A stretch of 63,497 bases of DNA, filler included, from Reclinomonas americana ATCC 50394 (lineage: Eukaryota): the NCBI GenBank assembly GCA_048213135.1. It is 11 parts of 11 records of this genome, joined end to end, with 100 filler letters (N's around TTAATTAATTAA, not from the genome) between each part and the next. Parts side by side here need not be neighbours in the genome. Positions count along the whole stretch, not along the records: positions 1 to 15,656 come from AFZH01022017.1; 10 more parts are not named here. The stretch is one strand, 5' to 3'. Within the stretch, counting starts at the first letter, position 1. Each line of letters starts with the position of its first letter. Positions 1-9,971 of this stretch are shown here, piece by piece. The notes under the pieces were generated by a model. It saw only the letters and a list, made by a program, of their open reading frames with translations, ran no database searches and was not told the origin of the DNA. A program made the position numbers and the translations under genes.

Positions 1-706
1 CGGGCTGGAGCAGCACTCTTGCTCCCTTCTCCCGTCCTATGGAAAACCGGACAGCAAGAAAGTCGCTGCGGCAGAGATCGCGGACCATGTCCTCGACCTG
101 CTTGATGCTGTCGGGTCGGACGCTCTCCCAGCCCATTCCTCGCAGCATGATGCCGCGCAGAAACCTAAAGCTGATGATCGCAGTCACGATCGCGTTGATC
201 CGTAACCTGAGCGCTTCGTCGCCGGGATCTCTTCCCGTGAAATCGCTTGCAGCCTGCACGAGATGTTTCAGCAGGGGAGCGATGGCTCGCTCGTGGATCA
301 GCGCGAAGGCCTCGTCATTGTCATAGGCGCAGCGTGCGACGAAGGACGTCCACGAATGGGGCTCGGCATCCTCCATGATGATATGCATGAGCTCGGTGAG
401 CGCCTGCTCGAAGTGGGCAGCCCTCTCGGACGGCTTCGCCGCGTCGAGAAGCGCGATCGCCTCTTCGAAGCGGCCGGCCGCGTAGTCGGAGATCATGCCT
501 GCCGCAGCCAGGTAGAGCTCCTTCTTGCCCCCGAAATGATAGGGAATTGCGGACAGCGTCGTTTTCGCAGCCGTGGCCAGCGCGCGAGTGCTGGCCCCCT
601 CGTAGCCGACAGCTCCGATCACCTCGATCGCGGCTTCGATCAGCTGCGAGCGCGTCTTGGCGCTGCGCGCTTCGTGTCCGCTCGATGTCGCTTTGGACTC
701 CGTCAT
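1..706 (-). CDS. TetR/AcrR family regulator (CecR-like), 3' end runs off the window
   Basis: Translated by hand from ATG at 706: MTESKATSSGHEARSAKTRSQLIEAAIEVIGAVGYEGASTRALATAAKTTLSAIPYHFGGKKELY, a classic TetR HTH. There is no stop before base 1, so it is absent from the ORF track. Confidence 0.88.
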   Translation of the reverse strand, partial: MTESKATSSGHEARSAKTRSQLIEAAIEVIGAVGYEGASTRALATAAKTTLSAIPYHFGGKKELYLAAAGMISDYAAGRFEEAIALLDAAKPSERAAHFEQALTELMHIIMEDAEPHSWTSFVARCAYDNDEAFALIHERAIAPLLKHLVQAASDFTGRDPGDEALRLRINAIVTAIISFRFLRGIMLRGMGWESVRPDSIKQVEDMVRDLCRSDFLAVRFSIGREKGARVLLQP

Positions 707-736
707 GGGCCGACTCCTTTCGTCGAGAGGCGATAT

Positions 737-754
737 AGTTCATTCGAACGAACT
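737..754. promoter_or_regulatory. Near-perfect 18-bp palindrome, likely TetR operator
   Basis: AGTTCATTCGAACGAACT (one mismatched pair) between two divergent TetR genes; a related imperfect palindrome AACGAACGTTCAGTT lies at 796-810. Confidence 0.6.
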
Positions 755-760
755 TTTCAA

Positions 761-789
761 TTGACATGAATCAGATGCCGCCGTAGACG
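761..789 (+). promoter_or_regulatory. sigma70-type promoter for the TetR-RND operon
   Basis: TTGACA (761-766), 17-bp spacer, TAGACG (784-789), 25 bp upstream of the ATG at 815. Confidence 0.55.
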
Positions 790-814
790 GCACTTAACGA
801 ACGTTCAGTTCCAT

Positions 815-1426
815 ATGCGAGGGACCATGGAGCCCACCGACACGCGCACGGCTATATTGGAGGTCGCTGCTCGCCTCTATGCCGATCTCGGGTACAGCGC
901 AGTCTCTATGCGTGACGTGGCCAAAGAGATCGGGGTTACGCCAGCCAATCTCTATCATCACTTCAAAGGCAAGGAAGATCTCATCCGAGAGACGCTTGCC
1001 CACGTCTTCGCCCAAAAGACCGCTCCGCTGGCCGACATCTTCACACGAACGGCTGCTTCGAGCGGGCAATTGGAAGTCTTCGTCGATTTTTTCCTTCGCC
1101 TGTTGCTGGAGGACAGGGTCTTCTTTCGACTGCTCGTGCGCGAATTGCTCGACGGCGGCGGCAGCCGGCTGCGGGAGCTCGCCCATTCCGTGCTCGAACG
1201 TCCGTTCAGCTTGGTAAGCAGCCTGGCCGACCAGCAAGGGTCAGAAGATCAGCGCTTTCTGACCACTGTTTCGATGATCGGCATCATCCTCGGCCATGTG
1301 CAGCTCGCAGCGCTGCTGCCGTATCTGCCGGGCGGCCGTCCCGACTACGGGGACCCTTCGATTCTCGGACAGCATATCTCGGCGGTTCTGCGCCGGGCGT
1401 TCCACGATGCGGAAAAGGAAAAATGA
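815..1426 (+). CDS. TetR/AcrR family transcriptional regulator
   Basis: N-terminal HTH AILEVAARLYADLGYSAVSMRDVAKEIGVTPANLYHHFKGKEDL. Confidence 0.93.
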   Translation: MRGTMEPTDTRTAILEVAARLYADLGYSAVSMRDVAKEIGVTPANLYHHFKGKEDLIRETLAHVFAQKTAPLADIFTRTAASSGQLEVFVDFFLRLLLEDRVFFRLLVRELLDGGGSRLRELAHSVLERPFSLVSSLADQQGSEDQRFLTTVSMIGIILGHVQLAALLPYLPGGRPDYGDPSILGQHISAVLRRAFHDAEKEK

Positions 1427-1427
1427 G

Positions 1428-2504
1428 ATGGGAAGTACTTCCCGAGCCGCTTGCCTCATCGCGCTGAGCGTTATTCTGGCCGCACCGATCGCGGCAAGCG
1501 CTCAGCCCCCTCGTTCGGACAACCCCGCGGCCGTCCCGATCACGCAGGTTCGAGTAGCGGAGATCCCCGTCACTTATACTGTCCCCGGTTCTGTCGTCTC
1601 GGACGGGCGCATAGACGTGTCCTCTCGCGTCGTCGGCTTCATCGAACGGCTCGACGTCCGCGAGGGCCAGAAGGTCTCGCGGGGGGATCTGCTCGTCCAG
1701 ATCGATCCGACAGATATCGACGAGGCCATCCGCCAGGCTCAGGCCGGCGTCCGCACGAGCCGCGAGGAGCTGGACGACGCCGAACAGGACGTCCAGAAGT
1801 TCACCCGACTTGCCCTGTCGGGTTCGGCCGCATCCGAAACCGTGCGCAAGGCCAAGGTGAGAGTCGATATCGCGCGTGCGAGCCTCGACAGAGCGCAGTC
1901 CACGCTCTCTGCCGCCCAGGCGCAGAAGAGCTATGCCGGCATCACGAGCCCGGTGGACGGCGTCGTCGTTTCGGTCGCCAGGCGCCGGGGCGAAATGGCC
2001 ACGGCAGGATCTGCCATCCTTACCGTCGAGTCCCGCGAGGTTCTTCTGTTCAAGACCTTCGTGTCGGAGAGCAATCTGTCTGCGATCGATCAGACGACCC
2101 CGGTGCTCGTGCGGATCGACACCTTGAAGGACACTCCTTTTCAGGGCCGGATCCGGGGCATCGTCCCCTCCGGGGACGACGTCACTCGGCGATACGAGAT
2201 CAACATCGTCCTGCCGAACGATTCACGCCTCGTGCCCGGCATGTTCGGTCGTGCGGACATCGTGCTCGGCGTTCAGAAGGCGATGCTGATCCCACGTGCC
2301 TCTGTGATTCGGCGTGGCGGCCTGGACGGGGTCTTTGTGCTCGACGGCGCCGTTGCGCGGTTTCGCTGGTTGCGCCTTGGCCGAAACGTGGGCGAGTCAG
2401 TTGAGATCGTGGCGGGATTGTCGGGCGAAGAGACGATCCTGGCTGCTGCGAACGGCGCAGTGCGCGACGGTTCCGTGGTCGCGACAGTGGAGAGCCCGCG
2501 ATGA
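1428..2504 (+). CDS. RND efflux periplasmic adaptor (membrane fusion protein)
   Basis: Signal peptide, lipoyl half-motifs VSSRVVGFIERLDVREGQKVSRGDLLVQID and ITSPVDGVV, LVPGMFGR; ATG directly after the TetR stop. Confidence 0.92.
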   Translation: MGSTSRAACLIALSVILAAPIAASAQPPRSDNPAAVPITQVRVAEIPVTYTVPGSVVSDGRIDVSSRVVGFIERLDVREGQKVSRGDLLVQIDPTDIDEAIRQAQAGVRTSREELDDAEQDVQKFTRLALSGSAASETVRKAKVRVDIARASLDRAQSTLSAAQAQKSYAGITSPVDGVVVSVARRRGEMATAGSAILTVESREVLLFKTFVSESNLSAIDQTTPVLVRIDTLKDTPFQGRIRGIVPSGDDVTRRYEINIVLPNDSRLVPGMFGRADIVLGVQKAMLIPRASVIRRGGLDGVFVLDGAVARFRWLRLGRNVGESVEIVAGLSGEETILAAANGAVRDGSVVATVESPR

Positions 2505-5500
2505 ACGAACTCCGCCTCAACCTCGCAGGGCGCCTCGCCCAGACCTTCATCACGTCGAAGCTGACCATCGTCTTCATCATCGCCGTGGCCCTGATGGGCG
2601 TCGTTGCGGTGCTGCAGACGCCGCGCGAGGAGAACCCGCAGATCGTGGTGCCGGCCGCGCTGGTCAGCGTCAGCCTGCCGGGCGCCTCGGCCGCAGAGGT
2701 CGAGGAACTGATCGTCACGCCTCTGGAAGGGATCCTCGGCGAAATATCCGGGGTCGATCACATCGAGGGCACGGCGCAGAATTCGCTCGGGTTGGTGCAA
2801 GTCCAGTTCAAGGTGGGGCAGCCCAAGGAAGAGTCGCTGGTCAAGCTCTACGACCGCGTGTTGGCGAGCCGCAGCCGCCTGCCTGTCGATGCCGGAACGC
2901 CGTTCGTGCAAAGCATCGATGCCGACGATGTTCCCATCGTCACCGTCACGCTCGCGTCGGCGAACTATGACGACTACGCCTTGAGACGGGTGGCCGAGCG
3001 CATGGCTGAGCGCCTGCGCAGCACCGAGAACGTTTCCGTTGTCGGCATCAAGGGAGGCAGGGGACGGGAAATCGCCATCGAGCTCGACCCGGACCGCCTC
3101 CAGGCGTTCGGCGTCACGCTGAGCCAAGCCTATGGCGCTTTCACGGCGAGCAATCTTTCCATGCCGCTGCAGCCGACGGTGCGCGACGGCAGGGTCGAAG
3201 CCATCAAACTATCTGCCTCCTTCATGTCGGCCGACGACGTCCGCAACCAGATCGTCGGCATCCATAACGGGCGCCCCGTCTATGTGCGCGACGTAGCGAC
3301 TGTCACCGATGGGCCGCCCTCGGAAGTGACCGCGTTCAGTCGTTTCTCTTTCGGGCCCGGCGATCCTCGCTTCGGCAAGGCTGCGACGGATATGCCGGCG
3401 GTCACCATCGCCGTCGCCAAGAAGAAGGGCGCTAACGCCGTGGTCGTAGCCAATGCGGTGATCGATCGGATCGAGCGCATGCAGACCTCCTTCGTACCCA
3501 AGGACGTGCAGGCTATCGTTACCCGCAACGACGGTGAAAAGGCCGACGCGGCAGTAAACCTGCTGCTGGAGCACCTCCTCGTTGCGCTCGGGACCGTAGG
3601 ATTGGTGCTGATCTTCTTCCTCGGCTGGCGCGAGGCGATGATCGTCATGGTCACGGTGCCGCTGATCCTGTCGATCACGCTTCTCGCCGATCTGCTCGGC
3701 GGGGTGACCATAAACCGGGTAACTCTATTTGCTCTGATCTTGGCGCTGGGCCTGCTGGTGGATGCGGCGATCGTCGTGATCGAGAACATCCACCGCCACT
3801 ACGGAGCCGCGCGCTTTCACGCCAGCAAGGAGGCCGTGACCGTCCGGGCCACCAACGAGATCGGCAACGCCACCAATCTCGCGACCTTCGCGGTAATGCT
3901 CGTCTTCGCCGCGCTGTTTCTCGTCACCGGGATGGCGGGCGACTATTTCTATCCTATCGCCTTCAACGTCCCGATCGCCATGGCCGCCTCGGTCGTCGTG
4001 GCCTACATCGTCACGCCGTGGGCGGCCAATCGCTGGCTGCACCGCCACCAGGTCCACGAGGACGACGAGCACGCGCAAGAGGCCAGCCATGGCCAACCGG
4101 GAAGGATGGAGCGCCTCTACCTTCGCCTCATCGCGCCCTTGCAGCAGAACCGTCGCGCACGCCTTGCTTTCGGGGCGACGATCCTCGCTCTGATGGCGGT
4201 GTCCGTCATGCAGGGAGCCTGGCAGTTCGTCCGGCCCGCCGGGGTGGGAGGAGCGGTCTCGCCGCTTGGCGTCGCCATCGGCTTCCTGCCCAAGGACAAC
4301 AAGAACACGTTCAACATCGTGGTCGCCATGCCGGAAACCACTCCGGTGGAAGCTACCGACCGTTTCGTACGCGAGATGGCGAAGCTGCTTGCCGCGGAAA
4401 AGCACGTCCTCAACTACCAGACCTGGATCGGACAGGCCGGCGTCGAGGACTTCAACGGCCTGTTCAAGGGCACAGCCGGGCGCACGGGCAATCATGTGGC
4501 GGAAATCCGCGTAAACCTGACTGACAAGCACGACAGGAAGGAAAGCTCGATCGACATCGTGCGGGATCTGAGGCCGAAGGTCGACGCGCTCCGTCGCTCC
4601 TACCCCGGCGCGAAGGTCGCGCTTGTCGAGGACCCGCCGGGTCCGCCGCTGCGCTCGACCGTGCTCGCCGAGCTCTATGGCCCGGATTCCGAGGGGCTGC
4701 GGATCCTGTCCGCCGAGGTCCGCCAAGCGTTCGAGAAGACCTACGACGTCGTCGACCTCACGGATACGGAGCTGGCCGACGTGGCCGAGCATCGTATCGT
4801 GCCCGACAAGGAGAAGGCCGCTCTGTCCAAGGTCTCGACGGCCCAGATCGCCGAGGCGCTTTCGCTCGTCTTTGGCGGCAAGACCTTGAGCCGGGCGCAC
4901 CTGCCTGACGAGAAGAACGCGGTCGACGTCAGAGGTTTCGTGCCGCGCCGCTTCGCGGTCGATCCGACCCGGCTGGACAGGGTGTTCGTCGGCAACGCCG
5001 ACGGAAAGCCTGTCCCGCTTTCGGAACTCGTTACGATCCTTCCTGCCGCCGCGGACAGGCCGGTCCTCCACCGCGACAACGAGAAGGTGACTTTCGTCGG
5101 AGCGGAACTGTCGAACTCCGTGCCGTTCTACGCCGTACTGGATCTTCAGAAGCGGCTGAATGGCATCACCGCTCCAGACGGCCGGCCGCTGAGAACCGGA
5201 AATCTCGGTTTCAAGGAGGACGCGCCCGACACCATCGACGGCTACCAGCTGCTGTGGGGCGGCGAGATGCGAATGACGCTCGACGTTTATCGCGACATGG
5301 GCATCGCGCTCGGCGGCGCCTTGCTGGCGGTGTATTTTCTGCTCGTCGCCTATTATCGCTCCTTCCTCGTTCCGATGATCGCGATGTCGTCAGTGCCTCT
5401 CGGTGTCATCGGCATCTTCCCGGGCCACTGGCTCGTCGGGGCGGATTTCTCAGCGACCTCGATGGTCGGCATCATCGCGCTCTCCGGTGTCGTGATCCGC

Positions 5501-5803
5501 AACTCATTGCTGATCATCGACTTCATTCAGGACAACCTGAAGCACGGCATGGCGCTCGACGTCGCGACCAGGCAGGCCGGCGCCGTGCGCCTGCGCCCGA
5601 TCCTGCTGACAACGCTGGCCATTATTCTGGGCTCGGCGATCATGGTGACGGATCCCGTCTTCGGCGGCTTGGCCATCTCGCTGATCTTCGGAACGGTGGT
5701 CTCAACCGCTCTGACCGTCTTCGTCGTGCCGATCCTTTACGAGCTCGACGCGAAGAGGCGGCTCGGGCGCGTGGCGCCTCGCCCCGAAGAATCCGTCGCA
5801 TGA
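2501..5803 (+). CDS. RND efflux permease (AcrB/AcrD/AcrF family)
   Basis: 1100 aa, TPREENPQIVVP, GLLVDAAIVVIEN, RLRPILLT; ATGA overlap with the adaptor gene. Confidence 0.95.
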   Translation: MNELRLNLAGRLAQTFITSKLTIVFIIAVALMGVVAVLQTPREENPQIVVPAALVSVSLPGASAAEVEELIVTPLEGILGEISGVDHIEGTAQNSLGLVQVQFKVGQPKEESLVKLYDRVLASRSRLPVDAGTPFVQSIDADDVPIVTVTLASANYDDYALRRVAERMAERLRSTENVSVVGIKGGRGREIAIELDPDRLQAFGVTLSQAYGAFTASNLSMPLQPTVRDGRVEAIKLSASFMSADDVRNQIVGIHNGRPVYVRDVATVTDGPPSEVTAFSRFSFGPGDPRFGKAATDMPAVTIAVAKKKGANAVVVANAVIDRIERMQTSFVPKDVQAIVTRNDGEKADAAVNLLLEHLLVALGTVGLVLIFFLGWREAMIVMVTVPLILSITLLADLLGGVTINRVTLFALILALGLLVDAAIVVIENIHRHYGAARFHASKEAVTVRATNEIGNATNLATFAVMLVFAALFLVTGMAGDYFYPIAFNVPIAMAASVVVAYIVTPWAANRWLHRHQVHEDDEHAQEASHGQPGRMERLYLRLIAPLQQNRRARLAFGATILALMAVSVMQGAWQFVRPAGVGGAVSPLGVAIGFLPKDNKNTFNIVVAMPETTPVEATDRFVREMAKLLAAEKHVLNYQTWIGQAGVEDFNGLFKGTAGRTGNHVAEIRVNLTDKHDRKESSIDIVRDLRPKVDALRRSYPGAKVALVEDPPGPPLRSTVLAELYGPDSEGLRILSAEVRQAFEKTYDVVDLTDTELADVAEHRIVPDKEKAALSKVSTAQIAEALSLVFGGKTLSRAHLPDEKNAVDVRGFVPRRFAVDPTRLDRVFVGNADGKPVPLSELVTILPAAADRPVLHRDNEKVTFVGAELSNSVPFYAVLDLQKRLNGITAPDGRPLRTGNLGFKEDAPDTIDGYQLLWGGEMRMTLDVYRDMGIALGGALLAVYFLLVAYYRSFLVPMIAMSSVPLGVIGIFPGHWLVGADFSATSMVGIIALSGVVIRNSLLIIDFIQDNLKHGMALDVATRQAGAVRLRPILLTTLAIILGSAIMVTDPVFGGLAISLIFGTVVSTALTVFVVPILYELDAKRRLGRVAPRPEESVA

Positions 5804-5984
5804 TGACGATCAGCGGGCCGCTGTCGGGGAACTGAAATGGAAGCGATCTCGATTGCAGAGGCGGCGAGCCAAACGCCGCCGAGCGTCTCGAAAGTCATCC
5901 TTGATTCCAGCCTCTCAAAAAAGGCGGAACCGGTCGCTGCGATACGCAAAAGGGCTGGGCTACGGTGGCGCAGGAGAACGGCAG

Positions 5985-6392
5985 CTAGCTTTCTTTTGAT
6001 CTTGAGCGGTCCTTTTCCAGAGTGTCTTGCATCGCATGCAGTGCTGACGGCGCATCGTTTTCGGCCCCAAGTCTTGCTCCCCATGCGGCGGCCCACTGGT
6101 CGAGCGGCATGATGAGGCTGACCAACACTTTCCCTTCTGCGCTCAAGCCATAGCCGCCCGAGTGATGGACTACGATGTCAGCGGCCCGCAGTTCCTTGAG
6201 GCGCGTGTTCAGGAGGCTCGGATTTGTTTCCGCGACCGCTTGCAGTTCCCGAAACGTTAGAGGTTGTCCGGCGTGCGCAAGCTCCCACAAAACGCGCAAA
6301 CTCATGCGCCTCCCCAGCAGATCGAGAAGCGCCATAGTTGGGTGTCCGGAACGCGACCCGCGTACGGGGTGGCCAGGTTTGGGAACTGTCAT
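5985..6392 (-). CDS. HxlR-family winged-helix regulator
   Basis: LDLLGRRMSLRVLWEL...LTFRELQ...NPSLLNTRLKELRAADIV...YGLSAEG. Confidence 0.88.
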   Translation of the reverse strand: MTVPKPGHPVRGSRSGHPTMALLDLLGRRMSLRVLWELAHAGQPLTFRELQAVAETNPSLLNTRLKELRAADIVVHHSGGYGLSAEGKVLVSLIMPLDQWAAAWGARLGAENDAPSALHAMQDTLEKDRSRSKES

Positions 6393-6445
6393 GCTATATT
6401 TTTCGTAGCGCTCGGAGGTCGTTCTCTGCTAAGAAAATGATAGCA
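6392..6445. promoter_or_regulatory. Pair of TGCTA-N9-TAGC(A/G) inverted-repeat boxes, probable HxlR operator
   Basis: TGCTAtatttttcgTAGCG (6392-6410) and TGCTAagaaaatgaTAGCA (6427-6445) between the divergent HxlR and DUF2867 genes. Confidence 0.6.
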
Positions 6446-6572
6446 GAAGGGCGCGCCAAATGGCACCTCGTATCGAGCCGGGCGGGACGCCCATACTGGA
6501 AGACGGGGTGCATGGGGCAACTGGTTTGCCTTTATCGCTTGCGGCTGATGAGACTTTGGGAAGGCCGGCGAC

Positions 6573-7076
6573 ATGACCAAAGCCTATGCGGTGCCCGTGC
6601 CGTCCGACAGCGTGCTAGCGCCACTTTATGGTGGCGCGGACCTGCTGGATGCGTACGCGATTCAGTTGCCGGCGGGCTCAAACAACGATCTCGAAGTGCT
6701 GGCGCGCGCTGGGTTCGAGCGGCAGGCGTGGTGGATTCGCGCGCTGACGCGGGTGCGCGATGTGGTGATGGCGACAGTCGGCGTCAAATCGTCTCGCGCG
6801 GTCGGTGCAGCTGCGGCGGCGCGGGGCCCGGTGATTGGCTTCTTTCCGCTGCTGTCGAAGACTGCGAGGGAGTTGGTGCTGGGCGAGGACGACCGGCATC
6901 TCGACTTCCGGCTCGCGATCCTGCTGCGCCCAGGGCCGGTGGGCGGCCGGGAGCTAGTCGTGGTGACCGTGGTGCATTGCCACAACTGGTTGGGGCGGAC
7001 GTACATAGCGGTGATCGCGCCGCTCCACCGCGTGATCGCGCCGGCGAGCCTGGAACAGGCGGCAAGGGCGAAATAG
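6573..7076 (+). CDS. DUF2867-family protein
   Basis: DLLDAYAI, WWIRALTRVRD, ELVLGEDDRHLDFR, TVVHCHNWLGRTYIAVIAPLHRVI pattern. Confidence 0.82.
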   Translation: MTKAYAVPVPSDSVLAPLYGGADLLDAYAIQLPAGSNNDLEVLARAGFERQAWWIRALTRVRDVVMATVGVKSSRAVGAAAAARGPVIGFFPLLSKTARELVLGEDDRHLDFRLAILLRPGPVGGRELVVVTVVHCHNWLGRTYIAVIAPLHRVIAPASLEQAARAK

Positions 7077-7107
7077 GCTAGATCGGGCCGACAGGGATGC
7101 GGCGTAG

Positions 7108-9969
7108 CTACGACGTCTCAACCTGATCCGGATCGAGATCCCGCGGGCCGACGTCGGCACCGCCCGGCGCCAGGCGACGCATTACCACCTTTTCGATTTC
7201 GCGCAGCCACAGCACCGAGCTCGCGACAGCGATGCAGAGCAGCCAGTCGCTGATGCTCAGGAAGACGGTGGAGAACGCCTTCTGCAAAAACGGCGTGTAG
7301 ATCACCGCGGCATGCATCACCAATGACAAAGCGACCGCGAAGCAAAGCGAGCGATTTCGAAACGGCCGCCGCAAGGCACTGAGCTCGTCCGAGCGCGCAT
7401 TGAAGACATTGAAGAGCTGGAACATCACCAAGGTGGTGAACGCCATCGTCTGCCCGTACGCGATCGTGCCCGAGCCCTCGATCAGTCCGCCAGGAAGGGC
7501 TCCATCGAGCACGAGCAGCGTTCCCGTTGCCATGACGGCGCCGACGAAAACGACACCCGCCCACATCCGGCCGGTCAATACCCCTTCGTCGCGCAGCCGT
7601 GGCGGCCGGCTCATAACGTCGTCATCCGCAGGGTCGACGCCGATGGCAAGCGCAGGCGCACCATCGGTGACGAAATTGATCCAGAGAAGCTGTGTCGCCA
7701 GAAGCGGCAACGCGAGACCGCCGATGCCGGCTCCGCTGAGGCCGATCGTGCCGGCGAGGACAATGCCAAAGAACATCGTCATGACTTCGCCGATGTTCGA
7801 CGAGAGCAGATAGCGCAGAAACTTCCGAATGTTGGCGAAGATCGCTCGCCCCTCTTCGACCGCGGCGACAATGGTCGCGAAATTGTCGTCCGCCAGAACC
7901 ATGTCCGCTGCCTCCTTGGACACGTTGGTGCCGGTTATCCCCATCGCGATGCCAATGTCGGCTGCTTTCAGCGCCGGCGCATCGTTAACGCCGTCGCCGG
8001 TCATGGCGACCGTTTCTCCAGTCCGCTGAAGAGCCAGCACGATCCGCAGCTTGTGCTCGGGATTCACGCGCGCGTAGACGGAGACCTCTCTCACCGCATC
8101 GTCGAGCTCGTCGTCCGTCATGGCCTGGATTTGGGCGCCTGTGACCACCTGGTCGTCTACGGAAATGCCGAGCTCGCGGGCGATGACGCTCGCTGTCTTG
8201 GGATGGTCTCCGGTGATCATGAGGCAGCGGATGCCCGCAACCTGCGCACGCCCCACTGCTTCGCGCGCCTCGAGCCGTGGCGGATCGATCATGCCGATCA
8301 GGCCGATGAAGACGAGCTCGCGTTCGATCGCCTCCTCGAATTGGCTGGCCTCGGGAAGCTTTGCCGGCAGGAAGCGGAAGGCGACGCCGAGCGTACGCAG
8401 CGCCTCCTCGGCGAGGGCTTCATTGCTGGCCATGATCTCGACACGGCGCGCATCGGTGAGCGGCAGGGCATCCGACCCGACGAGTTCGTGGGTGCAGTGG
8501 TCAAGCAACACGTCGGGCGCCCCCTTGGTCACCAAGACGAGGCGTTCGGGCCGCTCCGCATCACTGTGGATCGTGCTCATGAGCTTGCGCTCGGACGAGA
8601 ATGGCACCTCCCCGACGCGGCCGAAGCGCGCATCGAGCGCCTCCGTCAGCAGACCGGCCTTGCGAGCGGCGACGATGAGCGCCACCTCCGTCGGGTCGCC
8701 GTGCACGACCCAGCCCTCCGCGCGCTCGCTGAGCAGCGCGTTGTTCGCACGCTCGGCGGCTGTCAGCGCGCGCACGATCTCCAATTGAAGGAGGCCGCTG
8801 GAACGTCCCGCCTCGCGGAATTCGACCTGGCCATTTGGCGCATATCCGGTTCCGGAAAGGTTGGCGCAGCCGCTCGCCGTTATGATCCGGCGCACGGTCA
8901 TCTCGTTCTTGGTCAGAGTGCCGGTCTTGTCCGAAGCAATGACGGTCGCGGAGCCCAGCGTCTCTACCGCGGAGAGGCGGCGAATGACGGCTCTGTTGCG
9001 CGCCATGCGCTGCATGCCGAGCGATAGCACGGCGGTGACGACCGCCGGCAGCCCTTCCGGCACTGCGGCCACGGCGAGCGCGACGCCGAGAAGCATCACG
9101 TCGACCGTGCGGGAAAGGCCACGGACCTCCGACAAGAGGAGGATGGTTCCGATGACGGCGGCGGCGATCAGGACGACGGTGATTGCAAGCACCTTGCCGA
9201 CGCGGCCAAGCTCCTTCTGCAGCGGTGTCGCTTCGTTCGGGGCCTTCTCCAGCATGCCGCTGATGCGACCCATCACCGTTCTCATGCCCGTCGCCGTGAC
9301 GACGGCGCGGCCGTGCCCGTAGATGGCAGTGGTGCCGCTGAAGAGCATGTTGCGCTGATCGCCGATCTCCGCCCTGCCGGAGATGGCGTCGATGTCCTTG
9401 GATACGGGCAGGCTCTCGCCGGTGAGCGCAGCTTCCATCGTCTGCAGCGCGGCGGACTGGATCAGCCGGGCGTCGGCGGGGATCGTGTCCCCCTCGGCGA
9501 CGAGGATTATGTCCCCCGGCACGAGGTCAGCGGAGGCGATGCTCGTCTGAACTCCGTCGCGGACGACGTCCGAGTGCATCGCCGACAATTGGCGCAAAGC
9601 TGCCGCGGCGCGTTCCGCCCGGGCCTCCTGAACATAGCCCAGCAGCCCATTGAGAACGACGATGGCGAAGATGGCCAGAGCTTCGTAGGGGACCTCAGTC
9701 TTCCCTTCGCGCCACCAAACGGCCGCGGAGATCGTTGCGGCGGCGAGAAGGAGGAGCACCAAGATATCGGTAAACTGCGCAAGCAGCTTCAGCCATTCCG
9801 GTCGTGGCGGCGGCGCATCGAGCTCGTTGGGACCATACTCCGTCAGACGACGCTTCGCTTCGGCCTGGTCGAGGCCGATGCTAGGATCCGCGGCCGCTGC
9901 CGAGAGCACGTCTGCGCAGCTCTGCCGATACGGTTCGTCAGACTTGGAATTTGGGGCTGTTACGAGCAT
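7108..9969 (-). CDS. Cation-translocating P-type ATPase (type IIA, Ca2+-ATPase-like)
   Basis: LTGES, VAAVPEGL, DKTGTLT phosphorylation site, MITGDH, MTGDGVNDAPALK; start placed at MLVTAP just after the AI-2E stop. Confidence 0.95.
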   Translation of the reverse strand: MLVTAPNSKSDEPYRQSCADVLSAAAADPSIGLDQAEAKRRLTEYGPNELDAPPPRPEWLKLLAQFTDILVLLLLAAATISAAVWWREGKTEVPYEALAIFAIVVLNGLLGYVQEARAERAAAALRQLSAMHSDVVRDGVQTSIASADLVPGDIILVAEGDTIPADARLIQSAALQTMEAALTGESLPVSKDIDAISGRAEIGDQRNMLFSGTTAIYGHGRAVVTATGMRTVMGRISGMLEKAPNEATPLQKELGRVGKVLAITVVLIAAAVIGTILLLSEVRGLSRTVDVMLLGVALAVAAVPEGLPAVVTAVLSLGMQRMARNRAVIRRLSAVETLGSATVIASDKTGTLTKNEMTVRRIITASGCANLSGTGYAPNGQVEFREAGRSSGLLQLEIVRALTAAERANNALLSERAEGWVVHGDPTEVALIVAARKAGLLTEALDARFGRVGEVPFSSERKLMSTIHSDAERPERLVLVTKGAPDVLLDHCTHELVGSDALPLTDARRVEIMASNEALAEEALRTLGVAFRFLPAKLPEASQFEEAIERELVFIGLIGMIDPPRLEAREAVGRAQVAGIRCLMITGDHPKTASVIARELGISVDDQVVTGAQIQAMTDDELDDAVREVSVYARVNPEHKLRIVLALQRTGETVAMTGDGVNDAPALKAADIGIAMGITGTNVSKEAADMVLADDNFATIVAAVEEGRAIFANIRKFLRYLLSSNIGEVMTMFFGIVLAGTIGLSGAGIGGLALPLLATQLLWINFVTDGAPALAIGVDPADDDVMSRPPRLRDEGVLTGRMWAGVVFVGAVMATGTLLVLDGALPGGLIEGSGTIAYGQTMAFTTLVMFQLFNVFNARSDELSALRRPFRNRSLCFAVALSLVMHAAVIYTPFLQKAFSTVFLSISDWLLCIAVASSVLWLREIEKVVMRRLAPGGADVGPRDLDPDQVETS

Positions 9970-9971
9970 GT

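Noticed and set aside
5837..6112. 91-aa plus-strand ORF after the RND permease
   Set aside because: It overlaps the HxlR gene antisense and has no recognisable motif.
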